Of a stretch of 64,000 nucleotides of DNA, positions 11,876 through 24,796 are shown in pieces (position 1 is the first letter of the stretch; each line of letters begins with the position of its first letter). The notes beneath the pieces were generated by a model. It was not told the origin of the DNA. It was given only the letters and a program-made list of their open reading frames with translations, and did no database searches. The position numbers and the translations under genes are program-made. The DNA is from Pavona decussata (lineage: Eukaryota): contig CDRNST010000195.1 in the NCBI GenBank assembly GCA_977016875.1, positions 2,852,001 through 2,916,000 of the forward strand. Direction: 5' to 3'.

Positions 11876-13199
11876 TTCGAGATTGGCTTGTGTTAAGCAA
11901 AGGACTGACCCCATATTGATTACTGCTTTGTTAAAAAAGATCACTCATTGTGGGGCTCCCGAGGTGTATTCATCCTTGAATTTTTCATTACTGGAAGTTT
12001 TCTCCGTATTGCTTAGAAGTTCAGGCTCCAATGAGTCCACATCCTGATCAAGCAGATCACATACTGGTCGCAATGGCCTTTAAAATATACTGGTAGGTAC
12101 TGATCTTTGGCTGGTACTGTCCACAACCTCTTGGAATTAAATTTGACAGAATTCCGGATTGTGTTGACATGTCTCTCCATGTCAAATAGTATTGTTTACT
12201 AAAAAAAAAAAAAACAATATAGATGCAATGAGCATATGTAATCAGATGGTGACAACTGGAAAAAGCTCAAGTAGTTATTATTAGTGTGGATAAAATGCAT
12301 GTGAAATAATTATTACTCCCTGCTTTCACAAGTATACCATTTGACTATTTCTAAATATCATGGGTGATTAAAGGCTCGCAGTATTGTTTTTTTAAACTAG
12401 ACATGAAACGTTGCCAAAACAATTGTACAATTAAGAAATTAACGCAGAAATTTTGTCTCATAGTCATTTGTCAACCATGAAATAAACAAATTATATCAAT
12501 AGATCAAACAATGTATTAACAATGTCCTGGACCAAACACCACTTGATCCATGCAGTTTGGTTTTGCTGTTTGTGCTCCATTTACTTGTAAGTTTAAATAC
12601 GGGAAATTGTCTACAAATCCAGTAGATAACCTCGATCATGCTACGGTAGCATAAATTATTGATCGGACAATGCTATAGACCAATAGAGCAAAAATTCTGC
12701 GCTCCCCATTGTAATCCTGCCCAAAATCCAAACAACTTAGCCAACATGCAAGAAGAGATAAAAAGATGACTGGTGAGGCATCAACAAATGGTGTCCACAA
12801 AATGACTGCTTACGACCCATGTGCATATTGGGATATCTAATACCCAGATCTCCCACGAGTGGAATCACAGGAAGCCTTAATTGGTACCACATTTGGTGAT
12901 ACCTCTTCTTGAAAAATTTTAATTTCAAGACTAGTACTGAAGGATGAAATGGCTTTGAAAGACGCCGCACTGAGATCATTAACAGGGTGACTACACGGGT
13001 AAAATCCAACTTACTCTTACCATTTGTTGCAAATCTGTTCGGTTACCAGAGGGTATGAAAATACGCACGTACTTCAACTCAAGGTCAACGACATAAGGAC
13101 TTTGTTTTACTGGTTACATACTTTTACTGATTTTTGTCTCGATTACATACTGATTACATACTTTTACTGATTTTTGTTTCGATACCATCTCTAAAGACT

Positions 13200-13585
13200 A
13201 GCCTGTATTCAGGTTGGTTGTCCTCCTCACCACTCGCAAAGGTGTTCTTCTGGACAAGTTGGAAAAGAAATCCATCAGAGCTTCCAGCCTCAGGGTTTTC
13301 TGCCACATACCCGGTACATTTGACAGTAAAGTTCATTATGGGCAGGAACTGCCTACCCTTCTTCACCAAAGACCCTATCTCTCCATTGAATTCAGTAAGC
13401 TACTTATCTTCAATTTTTCTTTTTTTGTGATCTGGTGGGCTGGAATGATCCTCTTCTTGAGAGATATCCATCTGTGGATTTCTGTGATCAAATTCAAGCT
13501 GGGACATCTTCTCATTAAGTTGCGCTTGCTTTGGCTAGAAAATTGGATTAAAGTAATTCTTGAATGGACGTTTAAGGTGGCTGCC
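13200..13585 (-). pseudogene. Exon encoding a DUF927-like N-terminal beta-rich segment
   Basis: Acceptor ctctag at 13586. LTEFNGEIGSLVKKGRQFLPIMNFTVKCTGYVAENPEAGSSDGFLFQLVQK resembles the E.nG....p+sNF..i...v start of DUF927 domains. Stops and a frameshift upstream. Confidence 0.4.
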
Positions 13586-14263
13586 TAGAGTAGTAACAAA
13601 TGACCTTGCCTAAATAGGATGAATTACAAAAGAAAATCTAGTTATTTTGTCTTTGAACTTTTGTTCTAGAGATTTACCAGTATGGGTAGCAATATAGTAA
13701 GGCTTATTTATTGGTGTCTTTTTCTTTTTATTAAGGCCGTTGCCATGAAAACATGGTATCTAGTTTTGGCCTTTATTCTATAATATTTTTATTTTCCTTT
13801 GGTGAAATGTCTTTACTTTTTGCCACATTATGGAAATGATATTGCCTGATATTTTAGAGTGGAAAAAACATGCGGTTATTCAGACGGGTTTGCCAATATT
13901 CCGTAATTTTTGGAATGGAGCTGATTACCTCTGACACATTTTAACAAAAAGAGGGTTTTTATAGGTTCTGTATCTATTTACCACTTTGCCAATTTCCAAA
14001 AAATCCACCAAAGGAATCGTGAGAAAATTCACCATAAATGTTTTCCAAGTTTGCTGTCTGACGTCACAAAAATCATAAAAACCCGCGGCTTTATGTTAAC
14101 GCATGTGTTTTCTTTGCGAACCATCATGTGCGCCCACATGTGTACTCAAACAGAGAACATGTGATGATTTCTTCGAAAAGTACCCAAGCTAATTTGACTG
14201 AGTATTAATACTATAGTATCTCAGTAGTTACGAAAGGAGAGGTTGAAAGATTTAGTTTCTTTT

Positions 14264-14880
14264 CTAATGTTGGATGTTTTCTTCGAAGTATTTGACTATT
14301 GTAGCCGAAATTTGTATCTTGGTGGTGACTTGTGGTGATGGCGATGGAGATGAAGTGGGAGGTTTTGAAAAGATCCCAATAAGTCCTTCTTTTCCAAACT
14401 TGTTGTACACTGTTTTCAGATCTTAAAATGCCAGCCCTCTTCTGAATATTGTTTCAACTATGTTCTTCTTTTAGGTATTACGGATAGTAGAGATTATCTT
14501 TGAATGACTGCATTAAAATGTAGTGGCGATCTAGATACATCACATCCTTAGCCACATGGCTTCCATTTACAAGACCGGAGTTCTCAATTATTATTTTCTC
14601 AAACTGTGAAACAAAGGTTAAAAACTGTGACAATACGTACTTCAGAGGTAGTGTACTTACTTCTTTGTTGTCTTTCTGAAGTTTCCTTTCACCACTTATT
14701 TTGACTCTTTTAAGTTTTAAACCTTTGAAGCAAAATAATCGATGTCTTGCACAGGTAAAATATGTGTTAAAAATTGATGAAGGCCAGACAAGTCGGCAAC
14801 TGATAATTGACAGAGCTCAGCAGATTTTCGAGTAGTATTTGTCTCGATGTCAAAAAAAGATGTTGTAACATTAGTTTTCA
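14264..14880 (-). pseudogene. Internally deleted DEDDh 3'-5' exonuclease (PML-C/Exuperantia-like), transposon-associated
   Basis: ExoI motif FFDIETNTTRKSAELCQLS..HILPVQDIDYFASKV, and C-terminal GLAFxDLKTVYNKFGKEGLIGIFSKPP..PQVTT..IVKYFEE*. Middle missing; frameshifts. Confidence 0.7.
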
Positions 14881-16199
14881 TCGTATTTGAATTTTTTTTT
14901 TGCCAGTGGTCGTGCAGTGTACTGTGGAACATTGCTTTCAATTCTTTTAGTGTACTTGCAGTCACTGTTATGGACATGATGTTTAGGCCAAGGTTTAATC
15001 CAATACCTGTTTCACATGTTTTTACTTTCTTGCAGTTTGTTTACAGTTTTGTCTGCAAACAATTGTATATTGCAAACTATTGTGAGAATAGGTCTTGGTA
15101 TCCCTGTCCCAACATCCTTTTTTGACAACAATTGTATCGCTGAATTTTCAGTGAACACCAATGTTGTGAATATATTTCCTGTCTACTCGGACCAGTCTGA
15201 CACTTTGAATATGATGTTTCTGCATCGCTACAGTAACTTTAGGGACCTTCGGTGCAGGGACATATACAAATGACTGCCAGATGTCATCCAACTCTGCCTG
15301 GGCAACAATGGCATTCCTGTCTCGTATGTTAACTGATTCAAATGACAATTTCAGTGTCCTCGTGCATAGCAATTAGTCGCTGGCATTTCTTTAGGGCAAG
15401 TTGTAATTGCTCATGAAAACTACAACCCTTGAGTTTACTTTTTTTCAGCAAAACACTGTTCTTCGAAATGTTCAATTTCACCAACTTTCATCTTCTTTCT
15501 CCAGTTAAAGTTCTTCACTGTAACCTGGTCCTCCAAGTATTGCATCCACAAATCCATATCCATCTGAGTCGACGTTTACAACAACAGATCCACCAGCTGG
15601 AAATCTAGAGCAATTGCACACAGCAGTTGTGACGTCCTACTAAGCAATAAATCTAATTTATTTTCAAATTCATAGATTTCCACGGGCTGCATTGACGTTG
15701 CCATAACAGAAAGATTAGCAAGCATGTGCCACTGATGTATCAAAGCAACTGCGTTCTCACCATCAAGCTACGGAAATATAAAACATGACGAGTTAAACAA
15801 ACGGAACAGCTATCCGCTTAAAGCTGCTTTGTGATTTATACACACTTCATAAACATAAATTATATGAGGTTATATATGCTAAGATGTGCAAAGTCTTAGT
15901 TTTACCTTCAAAATAGAGCTGGCTGTAACTTTGAGTACTGCTGGCGATTGAACATTTTCAAACTGCATTACTGTTTGCAGCGTGTTCGGAAACAGCTCCA
16001 ATCTCTAATTTTTCAGCTCAACTGGAAAGTTCAGGTGCCTGAGAAGAGTCCTATACTCTATAAATGGCAGCATTTCCGAAGACTCCCTAATGTCCATGGC
16101 TAAATGCATGTAAAAACCTCGAGTTGCCACGTTGGTACCTTGAAGACGTCCATTATAAAATGAACTTCATGTGAGGTCCAGCCGTTTGATAATATAGTT

Positions 16200-16660
16200 G
16201 CTACGCAGTGCATGCCGGGAAGTTAGTATTATCCTCCTTTGTTGCTAATAAGTAGGCACTCAGCGATGTTTCTTAGAAAGGGACATCTATCCTTGACAGT
16301 ATCAGCAAAATTCTTGAATAGCTATGGTGTTATCAACTCAGAGTCATGCAACACCTTGTTGCTCCACACACCAACATTACAAATTCCCTCAAGGGTTCTG
16401 AGTTCCCTGACCAAAGGGGCTGTGTGTTCACTGGACAACTGAATGGCAGAAGCAGTATCGTGCACTTGACTCAGTTCCCTTTCATAAGAAGCAAGCAGAG
16501 TTTTCATTAACTGGTCCCTTTCCCGTGCTTCCCTCGTAAATTCTGCTAAAAGTCTCTCCATCTTTTCAATCCTTCCGCTGACCAAGATAAGCTGCTCAAA
16601 CACTTGCCCCATGACTTCCTCAGGTACCAACAGTTTATTTTGAATATTTACCATCTCAGC
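16200..16660 (-). pseudogene. Coiled-coil exon fragment of a probable large DNA-transposon gene
   Basis: Acceptor ctttcag at ~16660. The 110-aa ORF continues past a stop as LFKNFADTVKDRCPFLRNIAECLLIS. Family uncertain. Confidence 0.3.
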
Positions 16661-16859
16661 TGAAAGAATAAATAAGTGAACAATGATTATTTGGTATACT
16701 GTATCGACAAATTACATTCAAAACAAATATTTAAGAGCTTCAAAAGTAATTAAACATTAATTTGTGGATATATAATAATTATTTCCCTATTCATTATGAA
16801 GTAAGTAAATGCATTTAATATCAACATCAGATCACTACAAGGGTAAAATGAGAGCCCAT

Positions 16860-18600
16860 TACATCCAGGGTGTGTATGACACTCCGAAGTCTATAATTAT
16901 TCTTAAGTACCACTCCAGGGCATCAGAAAATTAGTTAAAAGTATATGGACTACTGCGTAGCCCAAAGGGTAAGTAAAGGTCAACATAATAATGGGCTTTC
17001 CAGTAAATACCCAAGAAGTTCCAGTCATCGGTGTGAATGGGGATGAAGTGAAAAGCTGACTTAAGGTCAGTTTTTGCCATGTAGGGGCCTGTGCCCAGGG
17101 ACTTGATAATGGAAATGGCATCATCAACCCGCACGTACTGGAGGGAGTTTGAGTCCTTGGGAATATGATCATTGCTGCTATCCCCCTCTGGATATGATAA
17201 GTGGCAGATAGTCCGCCACTCAGAAGAATGTTTTTTTGGGACCACACCCACCAGGTGCAAATTGAGGAGGGGAGGAAAAGGGAAGGGGCTAGCTACCCTC
17301 CCCAACTAAATCTCCTTTTCAAGATTGGCCGAGACTACCTCAGGATGTTCGGAATTGGAAGTAAGGTTGCGAGGAAACCCTGGGGGACTGGGGACCATTG
17401 TAACCTATGTTTATGCCACGACTAAGAGCGCTAATTAAAGAATCAACAAAATTACGATTGGGGTGGCTATAAAGTTCATGATTAAGTTCCTCTATATTGA
17501 TTGGTGTGGATAATGCAGGCTGCTGATGATAGGAATTCTGAAGCACTCTGCATCTTGCTACCATTGCTGGAGACCTAGGTCCTTTGGCTACCTGATTTGG
17601 ATGGACTGGAGGTGCATCTGAGCACAGAGTGTGATGGTGAGTGGCATCGGCTGCAAACATGTGGGAACAGGCAGAAGCTCCGGGAACAACCATTGGACTT
17701 ATTATAGTTGAAGCAGCAAAGTGTGCTGGAGCTCCTAACTGTACGGTGGGAAGGGTCAGCAACGAGGCAGTCCGCTTGGCTGTGGTAGGGACTAGAGGAG
17801 ATTTAGCAGTGTGGCTTGGCCTGGCCCGAAAAGGCCACTGTTTACAGTTCCAGGCCCTCCAAACCCCAATTGAGGAACAGGTTTTAAGTGGTACAATGAA
17901 GAAATTGTTCATCATGAAAGAGCCAAGTAAGACCGGAAAATTTAGACTCTGCCCGGCTGATTATTTCCTGGTATTTCAGCAGTTCAAGGGCCCTTGGAGG
18001 GTAGTGGGACACAAGGGTAAGCATAAACGTAGTATAAGCATCAAGCCACTTGTGAAAGGGTTTGAAGATTGGTTTACGTTTCCGGAGTATGGTGATCAGG
18101 GATCCCAGAGAGCCTAGTAATGACTCGTCAAAACAGAGTTGAAGGGCCGGGGCCTGGGGGTGAGCAATTGAGTCGTGCAAAAGTAAGGAAAAATCAATGT
18201 ACCCACCGCGCAGGATTTTGAGAAACTGTGGAATCGCCAGATTGGCCTTGGGTTCCTGGTAATGTCTGTTCAACGAACAATTCAACAGTGTGCTGGACGA
18301 CTCGAAGCTGGTCGTTCCTGAAGGATGATGCAAGTGTTGGTGTGTTATTAACAACTAGACCACTGATCAGAGAAGCGCCATCATCCGACTCGTCTAGCGC
18401 AAATTCCTTGGTGCTCTCAACATCAGGCGATTGGGTGATTTGTTCACTTGCTGGTTGGAATGCGTGCCTGGGGTGTTTGGATGCCTTCATTACATGGAAA
18501 GAGGCGGCTCGGTCAGCACGTGGCCACAGATTGCCTTGTGCGGCATTGAACTGAGAAAGAAGTTGTTGCTTCGAGCTGGAGCTGAAGAACCTCACTGCTG
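16860..18600 (-). mobile_element. Truncated DIRS/Ngaro-type retrotransposon (gag-like ORF + N-terminal RT)
   Basis: Gag: KILRGGYIDFSLLL..KWLDAYTTFM..YPPRALELLKYQEII..WLFHDEQF. RT: GVVPKKHSSEWRTICHLSYPEGDSSND..AKTDLKSAF..LPFGLRSSPYTFN. Breaks off at the degenerate YLDD position; no RNase H or tyrosine recombinase. Confidence 0.9.
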
Positions 18601-18864
18601 AGAGACATTGCAGCCCTGGTTTTGACTTTTTTTATTTTTCGGTCCCCTTGCCGTTTTCAAACCTCGTGTATAGGTTGGCCCTGCTTTCTTAAGTTTCCAC
18701 TGCAGTTAGTGCATATCACAACATCCTCAAGGAAATCGAGCTATTCTGATAGCTGTTTGTTTTCTTCAACTGCCTTCTCTGATTCATTCTCTACTGTCCT
18801 GCATTCTAAACTCAGCACTTTGAAGTTCTGCTAAGAGTTCCTCACATCTTCTTTCAAGTTCTTG

Positions 18865-19142
18865 AAGTAATATATCAAACACGAGAAGGTGTGTTTCATC
18901 AGATATCCAAACACTGAGAAGTAGGTTTGCGCCTCGTTTTTTCAACGACTTCGAGGTGTTTGGATATCTGATGAAACACTTTCGAGTGTTTGATATGGCT
19001 TCTCAAATGATCACAAATTCTTGGAGAAATTCAAGGCTAAAGTTGGCAAAATTTTATGGTAATTAGGATCACATATCCAAACCACGGTCACGGTAGTGAT
19101 TTTCTTTGTTTTCTCTTGATGAATTATTAATGAGTTTGAGAA
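18865..19142. mobile_element. Non-autonomous repeat with internal ~42-bp inverted repeat (Crypton-like), interrupting a coiled-coil coding remnant
   Basis: Arms 18872-18914 and 18956-18996 (core GTGTTTCATCAGATATCCAAACAC / GTGTTTGGATATCTGATGAAACAC). Flanks read as one minus-strand E/K-rich sequence. Confidence 0.7.
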
Positions 19143-20440
19143 TTTCCTTTTCCAGATGCTCTTCCTCCTCCTCACATTTGGCTAATCTATTCTTTATCAC
19201 ACTGTTGGCATGCTCAGGCTCATGATGGTACACTTGAATTGACTTCCTTCTTAAGAAATTTGGTCCTTGTGGTTCCACGGAACCCCTTCCCCTGTCTTTC
19301 TGTTCCATATTTAATGGAAAAATAAGTGGACAGTGCTCAGATGGAGTAGATCGATGTACGACACAACCGTGATTGCATTTTTTAGCTTGTGCCTCTGATA
19401 ACTAAGGATTTGGAAAAACATTTCAGAATAAAAAGTAGCGATATTAAAACATGACGTTAGAAATAACTTGTGCGGTATTTTTAACAACAAAAAATGAACC
19501 AGCCTCCCGTTGTTAGAATATATAGTGTAGAGGTGATGTCTCTTCTAAATTTTGTAGTTGAAATTTTGTTTGCAGTTCTTCTTTCCACGACAGATTGTCA
19601 GACATTGTATTTTCAGGACATTTTTTTCGCAAAAATATTGAAACACCCGCGGAATTGGCACTGACCGCTGGCAGCTGTCCTTTGCTTTGGGTTTATAGCG
19701 GGCTCATATTCAAAGTCTGAAACAATGGTAAAAAGGCAATGTACATGCCCCTATAAATCCCACTGACCAAAATGATTGTTAAACCACGCAAAAGGGGCAG
19801 AGGTGAGCTTTGCAACGATGGATTTTGAGTGCTGACCTGCAGACAGCAGTCAATACCTGTAGCTTGTTTATGACCATTACCTTCAAGTATCTCTTCGATA
19901 ATGCTTCAGGCATATTTTGTACCTTCCTTTGATTCCATGCCATGACATGTTATGTCAACAGCTCTTCTCGACCTAAGGCAACAGAGCTGTTTCTTCATGA
20001 AAAGTAAACAATGAGAAAAAGTGCATTTAAAAGCCCTCAACAAATATCTATATGTTAAAAACTTTCCTTCCTCTATGAATCCATAACTGAGCAAGAAACT
20101 AGAAAGTATAATAGCGGTTTGAAAATAAGATTAAGAGGTGAAATGACACATCTGTTTGACGCATCATCCCATCAAAAGCCCCAGAAAGGATTCCATAATG
20201 TAGAAAACTAATCTTTACGTATTTAGAGCTTTTGATTCACATATGCGGTACATATTTGGTAACATTTGAATATTCTACTGTAGGGTACTCGGAGTTTCCA
20301 AACGTTCAGGACACATGTGCGTAGTTGTAGAGCCACAACGAGAAACAACTGTTGATTTGCTCTTTTTCTTTTCCAGTGGAATGAGCAGCTCCCTCTTTCC
20401 ACCATCCACCCAAAAGTACCTAAGAAGGAAAATAAACCTA

Positions 20441-20587
20441 CAGTCAACTCCCCATAACTCGAAACCTCGCTAACTTTAACCAATTTTCCCTTCCTTTCAG
20501 GTCATCTCACCCTCGATAACTCAAACTCCCGATAACTCGAACCTTTATCAATTTGCCTTAAGGGTGCGGGTTATCGGGAGTCAACTG
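20441..20587. mobile_element. Tc1/mariner-pogo type MITE, 147 bp
   Basis: TA|CAGTCAACTCCC..ATAAC ... GTTATCGGGAGTCAACTG|TA; internal ATAACTCGAA repeats. Confidence 0.85.
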
Positions 20588-21792
20588 TAATTTTTTTTAA
20601 AGGTTACAACTAACAATAAACTAAATGTATTAATATATAGGTATGCATGGAAACGACCAAAAACAAAACCAGAAAAAAAGGTGAAATATTTCAAAAGGTG
20701 ATAGAGTTGTGAAAGAAACAAAAGATTAACAATGGTCCTATTTTGTTTGCTGATGGTGTAGAGGCAAGTAGTTTGGTATGTGCCAGATATTAACCACTTC
20801 ACTGTGAACTTTCTTTCATGAATTATTGTTCTTCTTGTTACAGTCTACATTCTGTAGCTAAATAAATGTGTGAATCTGTAGACATAAATTTAAAACTTTG
20901 AAATTTTGTATGGATTGTTACCTGACAAGACCAGCTTTGAGCCTTCCCGTGCATCACTGACACTGCTGGCTTCATAGTGGAAGCAGTGACAGCATCTTTT
21001 TTCCCTAGCCAAGGCCAATATTTGCAAACAATATCTTGCCAGAAAAAAGGTTACTTTCCTGGGAATCATATCTTGGACTTGAAGATAATGGGCGTAACCA
21101 TATATCTCTCCATAGAACATGTTGACTGCTCTCTCTGCTCTACCTGTTTCATCCAGATGTTTCTTCTTTTTTAGGGAATTTCTTACTGCTTGCCAGTGAG
21201 ATTCTCCACATTGGCTGTTTGAGGTTTACTTCTATCATAATAAGAATAGCAACAACAGTGGTAACATTAGTATTAGTAATAATAATAATTTTCTTCGTTT
21301 ATTGCATGGTTTTATTGTAAATTTAGATGCAGGGCTAGTCACAGGTGGCCCCTTGCGTGATTTTTGTTTTATATCTGGCATTCAGATGTTAACACACTGC
21401 CATAATGATAATGATAACGATAACAATAATAATAATAACAATTATCATAGTCATTTCTATTTCATCTTTCATCCGCAGTTCAAAATATATGTTTCATATA
21501 TTTACAGTCATTGATCATAATCATAACAGTCTCAGGAGAACTTGGTAAATGGTCAACACTGCTGTAGAGGACTTTTATCCCCTAGCCATGCGAATCAGCA
21601 CAATGGTCCCAAAATACAGGAAAATATTTTGAAGGGAAGGTCATGAATTCATTAGCTGCGTATTTTTTCTTCAAATAATGTTTCCACTTTTTTGAATTGG
21701 CTACTGGATTAGTGTCTTAAAAATAATTTTTCAACGGTAATAATCACAAAATATGCGCTTCGCAGCATTAGAAATTTAATCAAGAGGGCTAT

Positions 21793-22554
21793 TCATAGTT
21801 CGTCTTTAAGTTGTTTCAAGAAAATCCTGACTTGCGGCTGGAGATGAGTGCATTTGCCAGCAAGGCTCTCAATAGAAAAGTCACGTTGTATAAACTTACT
21901 TAACATGTTTTGGAAAAGTACACCCAAAGAATATACATCACTTTCTTGTGACTGTGCGTGTGTACCTCTGATAAGTTCAGGTGCAATCCAACGATTCTTC
22001 AGTTTATGAAATGCTTGCTTTTTCTCTGTTAAATTGTACTTCTTCGTATTTACGTGCAGCCTACTCTTTCCAAAGTCAATGACAACCGGTTTCCACCCCA
22101 CGGTTGTCTTGTGCATTAATACATTGTTTTCCTTTATGTCGTTGTGGAGCCAAGCGGCTTCATGAACGTACAAAAGGGCATCAACGATTTGTTTGAAAAC
22201 ATTGCCAAGTTTATCAAATTCAATTATAACATGCTCAATAGCCTTACCTAATGAAAACGACCTACTACCCTTCCCATAAAACTGTGTTATCATGAAATAA
22301 GGCTTCTCTTTTACACAAACACCAAAAAAAAAATGGAGATTGGGATGGTGTTGTCGCTCAAGCTCTGAAATAACGCCTGCCTCCTTCTACACTTCATACA
22401 GGTCATTCTTGTTGTATTCCTTTACTGCGACAAGACAATAACTTCCATTGTAGTGCATGAGGCGTGTCACTCAATACGTTCCTTTTCCCAGCACAATGTC
22501 TTTGTCATTAGGAGGAAACAACAGAGAATGATTCAGTTCAGGCACTGTTGGCAT
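21793..22554 (-). pseudogene. Intronless protein kinase pseudogene
   Basis: LGKGTY*, VAVKEY, HPNL, GVC..PYFMITQFY, LHNDIKENNVL, IDFGKS, WIAPE, SDVYSLG. Two stops and a frameshift in the N-lobe. Confidence 0.9.
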
Positions 22555-23674
22555 CGTTTTACGGGCTGGTTGTAGGCCTACCTTTTGAAGTTGGAAGGAC
22601 AGCACCGTGTGAGCATAAAACCTCGGTGCAGTGCGTAAAGGGTTAAAAATGCCATCCCAGGTGATAAACAACATGCCTGCTAAATTACAAATCAATGGCT
22701 TTCAACGGTACTTTTGCTCTCAACCTGTTAAGTTGAAGGGAACATGCTTAAAATTGCTGTAAAGTACCTTTATTGGTTAGGTTTTTGAGTAAAATTTTCA
22801 CAGAAACCTACCTTTACTCAACCTCCTTGTGATATTAAAATGCTGCGAATGATACGGGTGAGTTGTTGTGCCCAAATTCAGTAACGATTTGTTTCACCAA
22901 ATATTCAGTTAAAAGTGAAAGAGATGCCATTTCTTATATTACCTACCATAAATGTCTGTTGTGCCTGTGTGCTCTTCTCCTTTTTCTTTCCCCTCAAAAG
23001 AAGTTCTTCCTGGTAAATTTTTCATTACCGACCAAAACTTCATCTTCGTTCGAGTTTGCTTCCCCATACGTCCCAAGCCCGACAAGCTGGACAAATCTGC
23101 CACAATGCAACTTTCCTGTGGCTTTTCACCTGTTAATTGAGCTACAATGCTACTTACTCAACAGAAGGACGAGCCATTTTTTTACGAACAGAACGATGGA
23201 TGTTGCTGAAAAACAATGATGTTGGCTTGATAAAGAGGACAGAGTTAAATGGAAAAAAGGCAGCAGTTGATTGGCTTTGTTGTGTAAATAGTGTGAAAAA
23301 AATGAACCTTGAACCTTGACAAAAAGCCTTTATGCACGGAGGGATTCGATTTGAAAAGAAGCAGGAATAAACTTGCGTTTCAGTGTTGTCGCATGTTTTG
23401 ATCTCGAACTACCATTGGACAAACCACCTCCTTCCCAGGGCTCCCGCTCAAATATCCCAAATAAACAACTTCTGTGCAACTTATCTCTCGACAAACAATG
23501 ATTTCAGCACAAGAAATCAACAGAAAGCGAAAGGACAGAGAAAGAAAATCAGCACTTGTACCATGTCATTGCCATCTTTGTAGAGGAAAATTGTGTTTGG
23601 CGAAGAAAGTCCGCTGACACAAGACCATTTTTAAACGAGATGCAGACACTGGTGTTGGGGATTCTAGTGCCTAC

Positions 23675-24235
23675 CATACGCTCATCTATAGCTAAATTTT
23701 GTCTAGGTTGATACAAGGTAACACATCTAGATTTTATAAATGACTCCACATTACGCAATTTATAAGATTTATCCTCGGTTGCTGGATCAACAACATGTAA
23801 AAGGGCCATAAGGGCTTTGGATCTAGTTCTGGACATGAGTGCTCTTGCCCAGAGACCATGATACAGGGTCTTTATGCTCCAATACTTGTCTACATCACCC
23901 ATAACCTTGACAAGACCAAAATAAATGAGAAGCGCAATCAGTTGCTTGATCTCGTCAGCTGTAGTGTCTTGCCAGCTACCATCAGGTCTTGTATAACTCT
24001 GATGGGACCCCGAATAAATGTGCTCATTAGCATGACTATTAATGTGGTCATCTATATTATTTATCATTTCTACGGTAAAAAAAGGTAAAAAAAAACTCAA
24101 CAGCCTTTGTCATGGTGCCCCTGAGTAGACGTTGTCCAAAGTGAATTCCAGCTGGCCGTGAAGGGGTAAAGGGAGGAATGGGATTACCGGCATCTGGATC
24201 ATTATAAGAATTGAAGGGAACCGGATAACCCAGAG
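23675..24235 (-). pseudogene. Truncated piggyBac transposase (N-terminal half; different family from 27831-29558)
   Basis: PPFTPSRPAG..EFF, WQDTTADEIKQLIALLIYFG, YWSIKTLYHGLWARALMSRTR..LLHVVD, LYQPRQNLAIDERMV (first catalytic D), then abrupt break. Confidence 0.9.
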
Positions 24236-24239
24236 GGGA

Positions 24240-24440
24240 TTCAATTTGTATTACTCTTCGTTGCAGCTGAAGCACATGATGTTTTTTGGTCTGCATTGGT
24301 GACCCCTAATACATCCTTTAGCCTCTGTACATACGACACAGTGGCTGCTAGCTGCAGGTATATATTGGCTTTCCAGAACAGCTTTTAGTATTTTACTTCT
24401 GACACTTGCCGAGCCGTGGCCGAAGTTGGTTATTCTCACA
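24240..24440 (-). pseudogene. Cys-rich (B-box/CxC-like) fragment typical of KDZ/Zisupton-like transposon genes
   Basis: RSKILKAVLESQYIP..CVVCTEAKGCIRGHQCRPKNIMCFSCNE; degenerate CxxC..RCxxC..CxxC. Confidence 0.4.
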
Positions 24441-24796
24441 GTCCATGTCTGCCGTGATGGCTGAACAAAGAAGGCACAGTCTGAAAGAAGGTGATCTAAA
24501 TCTAATGCAGGACAAAATAAAAAAAAGATGTTAAGATAATTTAAAGTTATTCATCGTTATGTTCAGAAGAAATGAACCCAACTCAACACTTCCAATAACT
24601 TTCTTATGCTCGGTGTTTGTAACTTTCCACTTTGTCAGGTGTAAGCATACCGGTATTTATAATCCATCAAATACTTTCGCTTGCATGGATTGGTTTTAAC
24701 ACGACTCAGGACTGAATAAGCCCCAGTAAAAATTGGGGAATATCCCGAAGTGATTTTCTCCAATTTCCAAAACTTTAAGGCTTCAAGTTTGCCAAG

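Noticed and set aside
17641-18554. Plus-strand ORFs of 158 and 108 aa
   Set aside because: Antisense to the DIRS gag region.
23675-24235. Link of this piggyBac fragment to a virus-fused giant element
   Set aside because: No viral genes recognisable nearby; cannot be supported without a search.
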